The notes below the pieces were generated by a model, which was given only the letters and a program-made list of their open reading frames with translations, did no database searches and was not told where the DNA came from. From NCBI RefSeq assembly GCF_047605525.1, contig NZ_JASGFN010000022.1, positions 65,611 through 129,610 of the forward strand: 64,000 bases of DNA, read 5' to 3'. The stretch comes from Paraburkholderia sp. (GTDB lineage Bacteria > Pseudomonadota > Gammaproteobacteria > Burkholderiales > Burkholderiaceae). Positions 9,474 through 18,897 of the stretch are shown in pieces; position 1 is the stretch's first letter, and every line of letters starts with the position of its first letter. The translations under genes were made by a program, and so were the position numbers.

Positions 9474-10364
9474 TTATTGCGCCGCCGGCAGTTCGATGCC
9501 GGGGAAAATCCTGATGACCGCGGAGTCGTCTTCGCCGCCGTGGCCCGCCGCCGACGCCATCATGAACATCTGGTGCGCGGCCGCCGAGAGCGGCAGCGGA
9601 AATTTCGTGCGGCGCGCAGTGTCGAGCACAAGCCCCAGGTCCTTGACGAAGATATCGACCGCGGACAGCGGCGTGTAGTCGCCCGCGAGGATGTGCGGCA
9701 CGCGGTTCTCGAACATCCACGAATTGCCCGCGCTGTGCGTGATCACGTCGTACAGCGCGTCGGGATCGACACCTTCGCGCAAACCGAGCGCCATCGCCTC
9801 GGCCGCCGCCGCGATATGCACGCCGGCGAGCAACTGGTTGATGATCTTCACCTTCGAGCCTGCGCCATGCGCCGACCCGAGCCGGTATACCTTGCCGGCG
9901 ATCGCGGCCAGCACGTCCTCGCACGCGGCATAGGCCGCCGCCGGACCGGAGGTCATCATCGTCATTTCGCCCGATGCCGCGCGCGCCGCGCCGCCGGACA
10001 CCGGCGCGTCGAGCATCTGCAAACCGGCCGCCTCGACGCGCCCGCCGAGTTCGCTCGCGAATTCGGGCGCGACTGTTGCGCTCGAGATCACCACGCCGCC
10101 CGGCTTCATCGCCGCGAGCGCGCCGTGCTCGCCGAACAGCACGGTTTCGGTTTGCGCGGCATTCACGACCAGCGTGATGACGACCTCGCATTGCGCGCCG
10201 AGCTCCGCAGGCGTCGCGCAGCCGATGCCGCCCTCGGCGACGAACGCCTGCAGCACGCCGCTGCGCAGATCGCACGCGTGGACCCGAAAACCCGCGCGCA
10301 GCAACGAGCGCGCGACACCGAGCCCCATTGCGCCCAGACCGATGACACCGACATTTCTCGACAT
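9474..10364 (-). CDS. ltnD: L-threonate dehydrogenase (beta-hydroxyacid dehydrogenase family)
   Basis: GVIGLGAMG, DAPVSGG, KVKIINQLL; adjacent to otnK. Confidence 0.87.
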   Translation of the reverse strand: MSRNVGVIGLGAMGLGVARSLLRAGFRVHACDLRSGVLQAFVAEGGIGCATPAELGAQCEVVITLVVNAAQTETVLFGEHGALAAMKPGGVVISSATVAPEFASELGGRVEAAGLQMLDAPVSGGAARAASGEMTMMTSGPAAAYAACEDVLAAIAGKVYRLGSAHGAGSKVKIINQLLAGVHIAAAAEAMALGLREGVDPDALYDVITHSAGNSWMFENRVPHILAGDYTPLSAVDIFVKDLGLVLDTARRTKFPLPLSAAAHQMFMMASAAGHGGEDDSAVIRIFPGIELPAAQ

Positions 10365-10459
10365 ACGTAACCTCTACGGATTGGTACTGCGTTCGTCGTC
10401 TCCGGCAGGCAGCGCGGCCCCGCCGATTCGTCTTCCTGCGCGTGCGCGCGCAAGCCGCC

Positions 10460-11164
10460 TCAGGCGATGCCCGCTTCGGCGAGCCGCCGCGCGGCGTTGT
10501 ACAGATGCGTCTGCGCGGCATTGCGCGCCGCCATCGGATCGCCGGTGCGAATCGCCGCGGCGATCGCCGCGTGCTCGTCGCGCACCTGACGCGAGAAGTC
10601 CTCGCGCAACGCCTCGTTGCGGCGCGTGACGACCGTACCCGCCTCGAGGTACTGGTTCAGGAACGTCAGCGTCTTCAGGAAATAGGGATTGCCGGTGGCC
10701 GCCGCGATCGCGCGATGAAACGCGACGTCTTCGGCGACGCCGTCGTCGCCGTCGGCCACCGCCTGATCGATGTGGGCGAGCGCGGCGTCGATCGCGGCCA
10801 TGTCGGCGGCGCTGCGGCGCATCGCGGCTTCGGACGCGACCTCGGCCTCGATCGCGCGGCGCAGCGCGAGAATCTGCACGACCGCGCCCGGCTCGATCGC
10901 CTCCGCGTAGTCGATCCGCAGCGGCCGGATCGCGCCGTGCCCGGCGACGAACACGCCGCTGCCCTGGCGCGGCTCGACCACGCCCTCGTTCTTGAGCCGC
11001 GAAATCGCCTCGCGGATCACCGTGCGGCTCACGCCGAACTGCTCCGCGAGCACGGCTTCGGTGGGCAGCTTGCCGCCGCGCGCGAAGGTGCCCTTGTCGA
11101 TCTGCTTGAGCAGTTGCTGCGCGACGGTGTCGCTCAGCGCCCGTACTGGAATCTTCTCGAACAT
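10460..11164 (-). CDS. FadR/GntR family regulator, probably of the tetronate operon
   Basis: LPTEAVLAEQFGVSRTVIREA wHTH; FCD domain DVAFHRAIA, EHAAI. Confidence 0.9.
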   Translation of the reverse strand: MFEKIPVRALSDTVAQQLLKQIDKGTFARGGKLPTEAVLAEQFGVSRTVIREAISRLKNEGVVEPRQGSGVFVAGHGAIRPLRIDYAEAIEPGAVVQILALRRAIEAEVASEAAMRRSAADMAAIDAALAHIDQAVADGDDGVAEDVAFHRAIAAATGNPYFLKTLTFLNQYLEAGTVVTRRNEALREDFSRQVRDEHAAIAAAIRTGDPMAARNAAQTHLYNAARRLAEAGIA

Positions 11165-11400
11165 GAGGTGCCGGCTGGATCGGGTCGAATGAATGGATCG
11201 GGTTATCAGGTCATCATACAAATTTCAGGCGACGAGTCGCATCCGCGCAAACCCTGGGATTTTTGAACGGATGCACATCATTTGGCGAAACAGAAGGCTT
11301 AAGCTATCGTCTCGCCTTTGCGCCACATTGCGCCGCGAGGCGCCGCGTCAACCGGCGCGCCCGTCGCGCGCACTCTTTTCGAACGCATTCTTCAAGGTCC

Positions 11401-12225
11401 ATGAGCAAAGCCCTGCCGCCGTCTTCCGTCGTGCCCGTCAACGCCGAACCGGCCCCGGAGAAACCGGGCGACTCGTACGTGCAGTCGTTCGCGCGCGGCC
11501 TCGCGGTCATCCGCGCGTTCGACGCGACGCGCCCCGAACAGACGCTCACCGACGTCGCCGCGGCGACCGGCCTCACGCGCGCCGGCGCGCGCCGGATCCT
11601 GCTAACGCTGCAGACGCTCGGCTACGTGGAGGCCGAAGGACGCCTGTTCCGTCTGACGCCGAAGATTCTCGACCTCGGCTTCGCATACCTGACGTCGATG
11701 CCGTTCTGGAATCTCGCGGAGCCGGTGATGGAGAACCTGTCGGCGCAGGTGCACGAAAGCTGCTCGGCGGCCGTGCTCGACCGCACCGAGATCGTCTACG
11801 TGCTGCGCGTGCCGACTCACAAGATCATGACGATCAACCTGTCGATCGGCAGCCGTCTGCCCGCGTATTGCACGTCGATGGGCCGCGTGCTGCTCGCCGC
11901 GCTCGACGACGAAACGCTCGACGCGACGCTGAACCTGTCGCCGCTCCACGCGCACACGCCGCGCACCGTCACCGACAAGGAAGAGTTGAAGAAGCTGATC
12001 GCGCAGGTGCGCCGCCAGGGGTGGGCGATCGTCGATCAGGAACTGGAAGGCGGACTGATTTCGCTGTCCGCGCCGATCCGCAACCGCCAGGGACGCGTGA
12101 TCGCCGCGATGAACATCAGCGGCAACGCACAGCGCAATTCGGCGAAGCAGATGGTGAAGGCGTTTCTGGAGCCGCTGCAGGAAGCCGCGCAGACAGTGTC
12201 GGAGATGGTGGCGCGGCGCGGGTAA
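11401..12225 (+). CDS. pcaR: IclR family regulator of the PcaR/PobR type
   Basis: YVQSFARGLAVIRAF, GLTRAGARRILLTL, GSRLPAYCTSMGRVLL, DQELEGGLIS. Confidence 0.85.
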   Translation: MSKALPPSSVVPVNAEPAPEKPGDSYVQSFARGLAVIRAFDATRPEQTLTDVAAATGLTRAGARRILLTLQTLGYVEAEGRLFRLTPKILDLGFAYLTSMPFWNLAEPVMENLSAQVHESCSAAVLDRTEIVYVLRVPTHKIMTINLSIGSRLPAYCTSMGRVLLAALDDETLDATLNLSPLHAHTPRTVTDKEELKKLIAQVRRQGWAIVDQELEGGLISLSAPIRNRQGRVIAAMNISGNAQRNSAKQMVKAFLEPLQEAAQTVSEMVARRG

Positions 12226-12253
12226 GACAGCGCGCCGCCCTCGTTCGGGCCAC

Positions 12254-13453
12254 TCATTGCGCCAGATAGCGCTCCACGAGCCGCGCCCAGAACGCCGCGC
12301 CGATCGGCAGGCTGCGGTCGTTGAAATCGTAGTGCGGGTTGTGCACCATGCAGCCATCCTCGCCGACGCCGTTGCCGATGCGCAGGAACGTGCCCGGCCG
12401 CTTCTGCAGCATGAACGCGAAGTCCTCGCTGCCCATCAGGATGTCGGTCTGCTCGACCACCTTGTCGTCGCCGACCAGTTCGCGCGCGACCCGCACCGCG
12501 AAATCGGTCTCGGCATCGGTATTGACGACGACCGGATAGCCTTCGATGTACTCGACGACCGCCTTGCCGCCATAGCTCGCGGCCTGGGTTTCGGCGAGCT
12601 CGGTGATGCGCTTTTTCAGTAGCGCGCGCACGTCGGGGCTGAACGAGCGCACGCTGAGTTCGAGCCGCGCGCTGCCCGAAATCACGTTGTTCGCGGTGCC
12701 CGCGTGCATCGAGCCGACCGTCACGACCGCCGGCTGCGACGGATCGACGTTGCGCGCGACGATCGTCTGCAACGCCATCACGATGCTGGCGGCCACCACC
12801 ACCGGATCGACGGTCAGATGCGGACGCGCCGCATGACCGCCGACGCCTTCGATCGTGATGATCGCCTTGTCGCCCGCCGACATGAACGGCCCCTTGCGGA
12901 ACAGCAGCATGCCCGGCTCCGCGCCCGGATGGTTGTGCAGCCCGAACACGGCGTCGCACGGGAAGCGCTCGAACAGGCCGTCGTTGATCATTTTCACCGC
13001 GCCGCTGTCGATGCCGCTTTCCTCGGCCGGCTGGAAATACAGATGCACGGTGCCCGAAAAATTGCGCGTGGCGGCAAGCCGTTGCGCGGCGCCGAGCAGG
13101 ATCGTCGTGTGACCGTCGTGGCCGCATGCGTGCATCTTGCCGTGCGTGCCGCTCGCATACGGCAGGCCGGTCTGCTCAATGATCGGCAGCGCGTCCATGT
13201 CCGCCCGAATGCCGATGCTGCGCTTGCCGTCGCCGACCTTCAGCGTGCCGACCACACCGGTCTTGCCGACCCCGCGCGTGACCTGCCAGCCCCACTGCTC
13301 GAGCTTTTCCGCGACCAGCGCGGCGGTCTGCACTTCCTCGTAAGCGAGTTCGGGATGGTGGTGAATGTGATGGCGAATCTCGCGCAGGCTCGCGGCGGCG
13401 GGTTCCAGATCGGACACTTCGGTCAAACGCGGGGTCTCGTTCATTTGTTCCAT
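12254..13453 (-). CDS. M20 family amidohydrolase (hippurate hydrolase-like)
   Basis: HHHPELAYEE, RADMDALP, MHACGHDGHT, FQPAEE, GSEDF, HNPHYDFND; start 13453 or 13444. Confidence 0.92.
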   Translation of the reverse strand: MEQMNETPRLTEVSDLEPAAASLREIRHHIHHHPELAYEEVQTAALVAEKLEQWGWQVTRGVGKTGVVGTLKVGDGKRSIGIRADMDALPIIEQTGLPYASGTHGKMHACGHDGHTTILLGAAQRLAATRNFSGTVHLYFQPAEESGIDSGAVKMINDGLFERFPCDAVFGLHNHPGAEPGMLLFRKGPFMSAGDKAIITIEGVGGHAARPHLTVDPVVVAASIVMALQTIVARNVDPSQPAVVTVGSMHAGTANNVISGSARLELSVRSFSPDVRALLKKRITELAETQAASYGGKAVVEYIEGYPVVVNTDAETDFAVRVARELVGDDKVVEQTDILMGSEDFAFMLQKRPGTFLRIGNGVGEDGCMVHNPHYDFNDRSLPIGAAFWARLVERYLAQ

Positions 13454-13675
13454 TGCTCCAGGTTCAAGGGCCGGCAGGCAGAGGCGGCGAAAAGGCAATT
13501 AAACCCCGTAGGCCCGGGTCGGCATCATCGAAGTCGTACGCACTTCGGGATTATGCCGGGCAAGTGTAGCGAACGATACAACCGTCGACGAGTCCATCAT
13601 GCAGCGCCGGACATCCTCAAAGCGCTATCCTGGACGCACGCTTTGAACCTTGAAGATTGGCGAGGCTCCTGTCAC

Positions 13676-14062
13676 CTACTCCCGCGGTTCCTTATAAGCG
13701 ACGCAATCGACCTCAACCTTGCAGTCGATAACCATGCTCGACACGACAGCCGCACGCGCGGGCGGATGCTCGCCGAAGTACTCGCGAAACACCTTGTTGA
13801 AGGAAGCGAAATCGCGCGGGTCATCGAGCCAGACACCGCAGCGCACGACGTGTTCGGCGCCATACCCGGCTTCCCGCAGGATGGCGAATACGTTCTTCAG
13901 CGCCTGATGCGATTGCTCCACGATGCCGCCGTTGATGACTTCACCGTTTTCCATCGGCGTCTGGCCGGAAACGAACAGCCAGCCGTTCGCCTCGACCGCG
14001 CGCGCGAACGGCATGTGTTGACCGCCGGTTCCCTTGCCGCCTTCCACGCCATAACGCTTCAT
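13676..14062 (-). CDS. RidA/YjgF/UK114 family protein
   Basis: LFVSGQTP, FNKVFREYF, HPPARAAV (conserved Arg), KVEVDC; AGGAG ribosome-binding site. Confidence 0.9.
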   Translation of the reverse strand: MKRYGVEGGKGTGGQHMPFARAVEANGWLFVSGQTPMENGEVINGGIVEQSHQALKNVFAILREAGYGAEHVVRCGVWLDDPRDFASFNKVFREYFGEHPPARAAVVSSMVIDCKVEVDCVAYKEPRE

Positions 14063-14119
14063 CGTTTCTTCTCCTTCGAGCATTGTTGAATACCGGCCAT
14101 GTTCTTCGCACCCACCAGG

Positions 14120-14869
14120 CTATCTATACGACAACGCCTTCGCGGACTGCAGGAGGTCTTCGAGCATTCCGGCCCGCTTCTCGGGGCTCGTGTCGCGACT
14201 CGTCATGAAACAGAGCGCGGCAACCGGCAAGCCCGCGCGGTCACGCACGGGCGCCGCCATGCAAAGCCGGAAGGCATCGGACAGCCCTTCGGTGCAGCAG
14301 TAGCCTTGCTCCTTCGCAAGCTGCACATCCTGAAAGAATTCAGCGAAGTCGATACGCGTACCGTTGTCGAGGACGAAATCGTCGCCCGGAATGAGCGCAC
14401 GAATTTCGTCCGCGCTCAGATGACCAAGCAGCAGGCGTCCTGTCGCGGTCCACGGAATCGGTACTCTCACGCCGATGTCAGAGCTGATGTTGAAAGGGCG
14501 CGCGCTGCTCTCCGACAACACGACCGTATATTTATTGCCCTCGAGCATGCACAACTGCGTGGTTTCTTCGTACTTCCTGACCAGCGCCAGGATGGCCTGA
14601 TGCGAGCGGCTGATCAGGTCGTTGTGAGTCGCGTAATCAGACCCGTAGTAGTGCATTTCGCGCCCGAAAAACACGCTGCCGTCCGCGGCCGTCTCGAGCC
14701 AGCCTACCCCGGTGAGGATCGCGACCAATTCATAAATGCTCGAACGAGGTGCTCCGGTCGCATCGATCAACTCACGCATCGTCATTGGCCGCTGGGCGAT
14801 ATGGAGCTGCCGAAAAATTTCGATCACGCGGTCGACACCTCTGGCCCGCGACGATTCTGTAACCGCCAT
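14120..14869 (-). CDS. IclR family transcriptional regulator
   Basis: GVDRVIEIF, GAPRSSIYELV HTH, GVRVPIPWTATGRLLL. Confidence 0.88.
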   Translation of the reverse strand: MAVTESSRARGVDRVIEIFRQLHIAQRPMTMRELIDATGAPRSSIYELVAILTGVGWLETAADGSVFFGREMHYYGSDYATHNDLISRSHQAILALVRKYEETTQLCMLEGNKYTVVLSESSARPFNISSDIGVRVPIPWTATGRLLLGHLSADEIRALIPGDDFVLDNGTRIDFAEFFQDVQLAKEQGYCCTEGLSDAFRLCMAAPVRDRAGLPVAALCFMTSRDTSPEKRAGMLEDLLQSAKALSYR

Positions 14870-14971
14870 GCATTCACTCCATTAACGCGTTGGTAAAGTC
14901 GTTTGTCTGTCGAGGGGTGCGAGTTTACCGCGCGCGAACACGCTCAGGGATGACATCCGGCATGCAATTCG

Positions 14972-15724
14972 TTAATGGTCGAGAACCCGGTGAAGAAACT
15001 GTCGCGTGCGCTCGTTCGAAGGATTGACGAAAATCTGTTCGGGGTCTCCCTGCTCGGCGATAACGCCCTTGTCCATGAACACGACGCGGTCGGCGGTCTT
15101 GCGCGCAAAGCCCATTTCATGGGTGACGACCACCATGGTCATGCCGTCGCGCGCGAGACCGCGCATGACCTCCGTGACTTCGCCGACCAGTTCCGGGTCC
15201 AGCGCCGAAGTCGCTTCGTCGAAGAACATGATGCCCGGCTCTACCGCAAGCGCCCTCGCAATCGCTACACGCTGTTGCTGGCCACCCGACAACTGACTCG
15301 GGTAGTGCTCCGCGCGTTCGGCAAGCCCGACCCGGTCGAGCGCGTCCATCGCGCGCTTGCGTGCGTCCGCGGGCTTCATCTTGCGCGCCTTGATCAGCGC
15401 GAGCGTGACGTTGCCGAGCGCGGTCTTGTGAGGAAACAGATTGAACTGCTGGAAGACCATGCCCACGTGGCCACGAATATCGCGCGCGCGGCGAGGATCA
15501 TGAAGCGGAACCTCGTTGACCCAGACTTCGCCGGAATCCGACGTTTCCAGTCCGGCCATGATCCGCAACACGGTGCTCTTTCCGGAGCCGGAAGCGCCGA
15601 TCAGCACCAGCACTTCGCCCGACCGGACATCGAGATTGATTTCGTTCAACACACGGGTTGAACCGAATGATTTGCTGACGCCCGTCAGTGAAATGATGGG
15701 CCTGGTTTGTGTCTGGCTGCTCAC
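14972..15724 (-). CDS. Polar amino acid ABC transporter ATP-binding subunit
   Basis: [43 protein letters not shown]. Confidence 0.93.
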   Translation of the reverse strand: MSSQTQTRPIISLTGVSKSFGSTRVLNEINLDVRSGEVLVLIGASGSGKSTVLRIMAGLETSDSGEVWVNEVPLHDPRRARDIRGHVGMVFQQFNLFPHKTALGNVTLALIKARKMKPADARKRAMDALDRVGLAERAEHYPSQLSGGQQQRVAIARALAVEPGIMFFDEATSALDPELVGEVTEVMRGLARDGMTMVVVTHEMGFARKTADRVVFMDKGVIAEQGDPEQIFVNPSNERTRQFLHRVLDH

Positions 15725-16365
15725 GACAATCTCCTGCGGTCATGGTGGCGTACCCATTGCGAGAGTGGGAAGCACACGGCAAAGTAAATCAGGGCGACGA
15801 GTCCGTAAATCTCGACCGGCTTGCCGACCCGGTCGACGATGGCCTGGCCGCCGTGCATCAGTTCGGACATCCCGATCATGCTGACAATCGACGTGTCCTT
15901 GATGAGCGACAGATACTGGCCGATGAGCGGGGGCAGCACGATCTTTCCGGTCTGCGGCAGCACGACGAACGAGAAGGCCTGGGTTTTCGTGAGGCCGAGA
16001 ATCTGCGACACCTCCCACTGGCCCTTAGGCACCGACTCGATGCCGGAGCGGAACACCTCGGCGATATACGCGCCCTGATACACGCTCAAACCGATGACCC
16101 CTGCCGCGAATACGTCGATCGCGTAACCGAAGTAGGACACCCCAAAGTAGATGAACATCAGGGTGATGAGCACGGGCGTACCGCGAAACAGCTCGGTGTA
16201 AAGTTTCGCGATGCGGGGCGTGCCCCACGGTCCGAACGACCTCAAAACAGCGGCAAACAGGCCGACCAGCGTGCTGCCCACGATGGCCGCCACGGAAAGC
16301 AGCAGCGTCGTCACCAACCCTTGCAGCAGAATTGAAAGACTGGTTTTCAGCAGTTCAACTGACAT
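15721..16365 (-). CDS. Polar amino acid ABC transporter permease
   Basis: [30 protein letters not shown] loop, IKDTS. Confidence 0.92.
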   Translation of the reverse strand: MSVELLKTSLSILLQGLVTTLLLSVAAIVGSTLVGLFAAVLRSFGPWGTPRIAKLYTELFRGTPVLITLMFIYFGVSYFGYAIDVFAAGVIGLSVYQGAYIAEVFRSGIESVPKGQWEVSQILGLTKTQAFSFVVLPQTGKIVLPPLIGQYLSLIKDTSIVSMIGMSELMHGGQAIVDRVGKPVEIYGLVALIYFAVCFPLSQWVRHHDRRRLS

Positions 16366-16386
16366 GATCCAACTCCGATGCGAAGA

Positions 16387-17103
16387 TTAAGCCCGGTTGG
16401 CCCGGCGTATTGAAAGGCCGCCGAAACGGGCGCGAGGCCGGATGACGAGAGGCGGATGAAAAATTCGCGCTCCGAGTTGGCTTGCAAACCACGACAGTAC
16501 GTTGCTGAGTACGAGATACGCGACGAGCGTCACGGCGAACGTCTGGATATAAAGAAGGGTTCGCGAGTTGATCACCGTCGCGGTTCCGGTCAATTCCGGA
16601 AGCGCAATGGCGGACAACAGCGAGGTACCGAGCAACAACTGGATCAGGTAATTCACGATCGCGGGATAGACCGCTCGCGCCGCTTGCGGCAGCACGATCG
16701 TCGTGAAGATCTGCCCACGCTCGAGCCCGAGAATGCCGGCCGCTTCGAGCTGGCCACGCGGCACCGACTGGATGCCCGCGCGAAACACTTCCGACAGATA
16801 AGCGCCGACGTTGAGTCCCAGTGCAATCACGCCCGCCCAGTACGCGTCCAGTGAAATGCCGGCGGACGGCAAGCCGAAGAACACGATGAAGATCTGCAGC
16901 AGCACAGGCGTATTGCGGATGATTTCGACATAGCAGCGCGCGACGAGTCGCAGCACGGCGACTGGACTGACACTGGCGAGCGCGGCCAACAACCCGAGGC
17001 ACACCGCCAGTACGAACGCGAGCACGGTCACCTGCAGCGTGAGCCAGCCTGCTCGCAGGAAGTCGGGCACGTAGCCCCATAACGTTAGCCATTCGTAACC
17101 CAT
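16387..17103 (-). CDS. Polar amino acid ABC transporter permease
   Basis: IRNTPVLLQIF, AYLSEVFRAGIQSVPRGQLEAA; start 17103 or 17115. Confidence 0.92.
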   Translation of the reverse strand: MGYEWLTLWGYVPDFLRAGWLTLQVTVLAFVLAVCLGLLAALASVSPVAVLRLVARCYVEIIRNTPVLLQIFIVFFGLPSAGISLDAYWAGVIALGLNVGAYLSEVFRAGIQSVPRGQLEAAGILGLERGQIFTTIVLPQAARAVYPAIVNYLIQLLLGTSLLSAIALPELTGTATVINSRTLLYIQTFAVTLVAYLVLSNVLSWFASQLGARIFHPPLVIRPRARFGGLSIRRANRA

Positions 17104-17154
17104 CACATCCTCCACGTCGCTCGAGTCTCGTGCGCTTTCGACATCACCGGCTCC

Positions 17155-17988
17155 CTAGAACTGCGGGTTCAGAGGATAGTGCGGGTCGGTGCCGAACCAC
17201 TTCTTGTAGAGCTCGGCGTTCTGCTTCGACGCATTGATGTTGAAGAGGAACAGGTTCAGATAGTTGAGCCACTCCTGATCTCCGGCCTTGACGCCGAATG
17301 CGTTGTACTCGAGCGGCACGAGGGCTTCGTTGGTGACCGTAAGCTCCGGGTCGAGCTTCGCCTGATAGGCTAGGAAGTTGTTGTCTTCGATCATTGCATC
17401 GGCCTGACCCTGCTTGACAGCGAGAATCGCGGCCTGCGAGCTGTCATATTCCTGAATCTTGACAGCCATGTTCAGCGCGCGCACTTCGTCGCCGTTGGTC
17501 GATCCCTTTACCGTGGCGATCGTGCGATTGCTCATATCCTTGATGGACTGGATGCCGCTGCTCTTCTTGACCAGCAGTGCTTCGCTGGCGACCACGTAGG
17601 GCGTCGTGAATTCGACGACTTTCGCGCGCTCCAGGTTACGCGTGAAGTTGCAGAACACGACGTCGACCTTGCCGGTCTGCAGATTCGGAATCCGGTTTGC
17701 GCTCGTCGTGTTCACGACCTCGAGCTTGACGCCCATCTGTTTGGCGAGCTCCTTCGCGAGGTCCACGTCGTATCCGTCGGGTTGGCCATCCTTGTCGTAG
17801 AACCCGAAAGGCGCGAAAGTCAGGCAATCGCCAACGCGCAGGGTGCCGCGCTGCTGCACGGCCTGCAGGGTCGAGGAAGCCGTTGCGCCTTGTCCCGGCG
17901 TCGATACCTTGGTGCAGCCCGTCAGCGCGAGCAATCCGGCAACAGCGAACAGGAAGGCAGTCTTGACGCCACGTTTTGCAGGTTTCAT
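17155..17988 (-). CDS. Polar amino acid ABC substrate-binding lipoprotein
   Basis: Lipobox LTGC; GYDVDLAKELA, RIPNLQTGKVDV, NLERAKVVEFTTPY. Confidence 0.92.
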   Translation of the reverse strand: MKPAKRGVKTAFLFAVAGLLALTGCTKVSTPGQGATASSTLQAVQQRGTLRVGDCLTFAPFGFYDKDGQPDGYDVDLAKELAKQMGVKLEVVNTTSANRIPNLQTGKVDVVFCNFTRNLERAKVVEFTTPYVVASEALLVKKSSGIQSIKDMSNRTIATVKGSTNGDEVRALNMAVKIQEYDSSQAAILAVKQGQADAMIEDNNFLAYQAKLDPELTVTNEALVPLEYNAFGVKAGDQEWLNYLNLFLFNINASKQNAELYKKWFGTDPHYPLNPQF

Positions 17989-18077
17989 ATGCAGGTCCTA
18001 AGCGGAGATGGGTGTTCCGGGGACGGACGTATCGGTTCCAGTGTTTTCGATTCGCTCGGGAATCCGCTGGCTCACTC

Positions 18078-18121
18078 ATCCGTTTGTCCGATATACCGGA
18101 CATGTGTCTGGTTAAACGGAT
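18078..18121. promoter_or_regulatory. Nested inverted repeats upstream of the ABC operon (candidate operator)
   Basis: TGTCCG-ATATAC-CGGACA (18085-18102) inside ATCCGTTT...AAACGGAT (18078-18085 / 18114-18121). Confidence 0.55.
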
Positions 18122-18338
18122 TGAGACAGAGTGTTAGATACGAAAAACGGCGGAGCAAGTAGCCCGAACACCTATTGCGTCTTTATTTTTGTTCGGGCAG
18201 CTCAGAACACTCGATCGAGCCCTTTAATGGCTCCGCATGCTTGCTGCCAGCGCCGAGAGCGAGGATGGGGGGGACGTACAACAGGATGGCTGGGGGTGGC
18301 TGCGGGGGACTTGTCGCGGATGCGCGTTTTGCCGCGCA

Positions 18339-18890
18339 CTATGCGCTCACGGATTCCTTCAGCACCGCGATCAGCTCGCGCCCCGCGTCTTCGAGCGCGC
18401 CGGAATTATCGATCGTCGTGCAGCGCACCCCGTCGGGCAACGAAAACGGCGCGCGCCGCGCCAGCCGTGCCGCGACCTGCTCCGCCGATTCGCGCGCCCG
18501 CGCGCCGAGCCGCGCTTCGAGAACAGGCGCGGCCGCATTCACGTGAACCACTTCCGCGCGCGGATAACGCGCGAGCGCATGCTGCACGTACTGCCGCGAA
18601 CCGTTGACGACCACCGTGCAGCCGCGCGCGAGCCACGCATCGAGTTCGATACCGATGCCATAGCGCAGCGAATGGCTCGACCATTCGAGCGCGAACAGCC
18701 CCAGCAGCGAACGCGCGGCGAACTCCTCGACGCTCAGCGCGACGTGCGCCTCGCCGTTGCCGCTCGGCCGCGTGATGTAGCGATGCGCGAATACGATCGG
18801 CTTGCCCGCGAGCCGCTGGCGAGCGAATTCGAGCAGCGAATCCTTGCCCGCGCCCGACGGGCCCATCACATAGATCAAACGCGCTGCCAT
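18339..18890 (-). CDS. phnN: Ribose 1,5-bisphosphate phosphokinase
   Basis: LIYVMGPSGAGKDSLL, AHRYITRP, YGIG, VNGSR, LAARLARR-like lid, IDNSG. Confidence 0.93.
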   Translation of the reverse strand: MAARLIYVMGPSGAGKDSLLEFARQRLAGKPIVFAHRYITRPSGNGEAHVALSVEEFAARSLLGLFALEWSSHSLRYGIGIELDAWLARGCTVVVNGSRQYVQHALARYPRAEVVHVNAAAPVLEARLGARARESAEQVAARLARRAPFSLPDGVRCTTIDNSGALEDAGRELIAVLKESVSA

Positions 18891-18897
18891 TGCCGGT

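Noticed and set aside
8115-10370. Long antisense ORFs (also 30043-31845, 34718-36526, 42383-44566, 45516-47249, 54278-56089)
   Set aside because: Shadows of real genes on the opposite strand, expected in high-GC DNA; no recognisable motifs
18267-18308. G7/G5/G5 runs as a possible G-quadruplex
   Set aside because: Only three separate runs and an 18-nt loop; too weak without data
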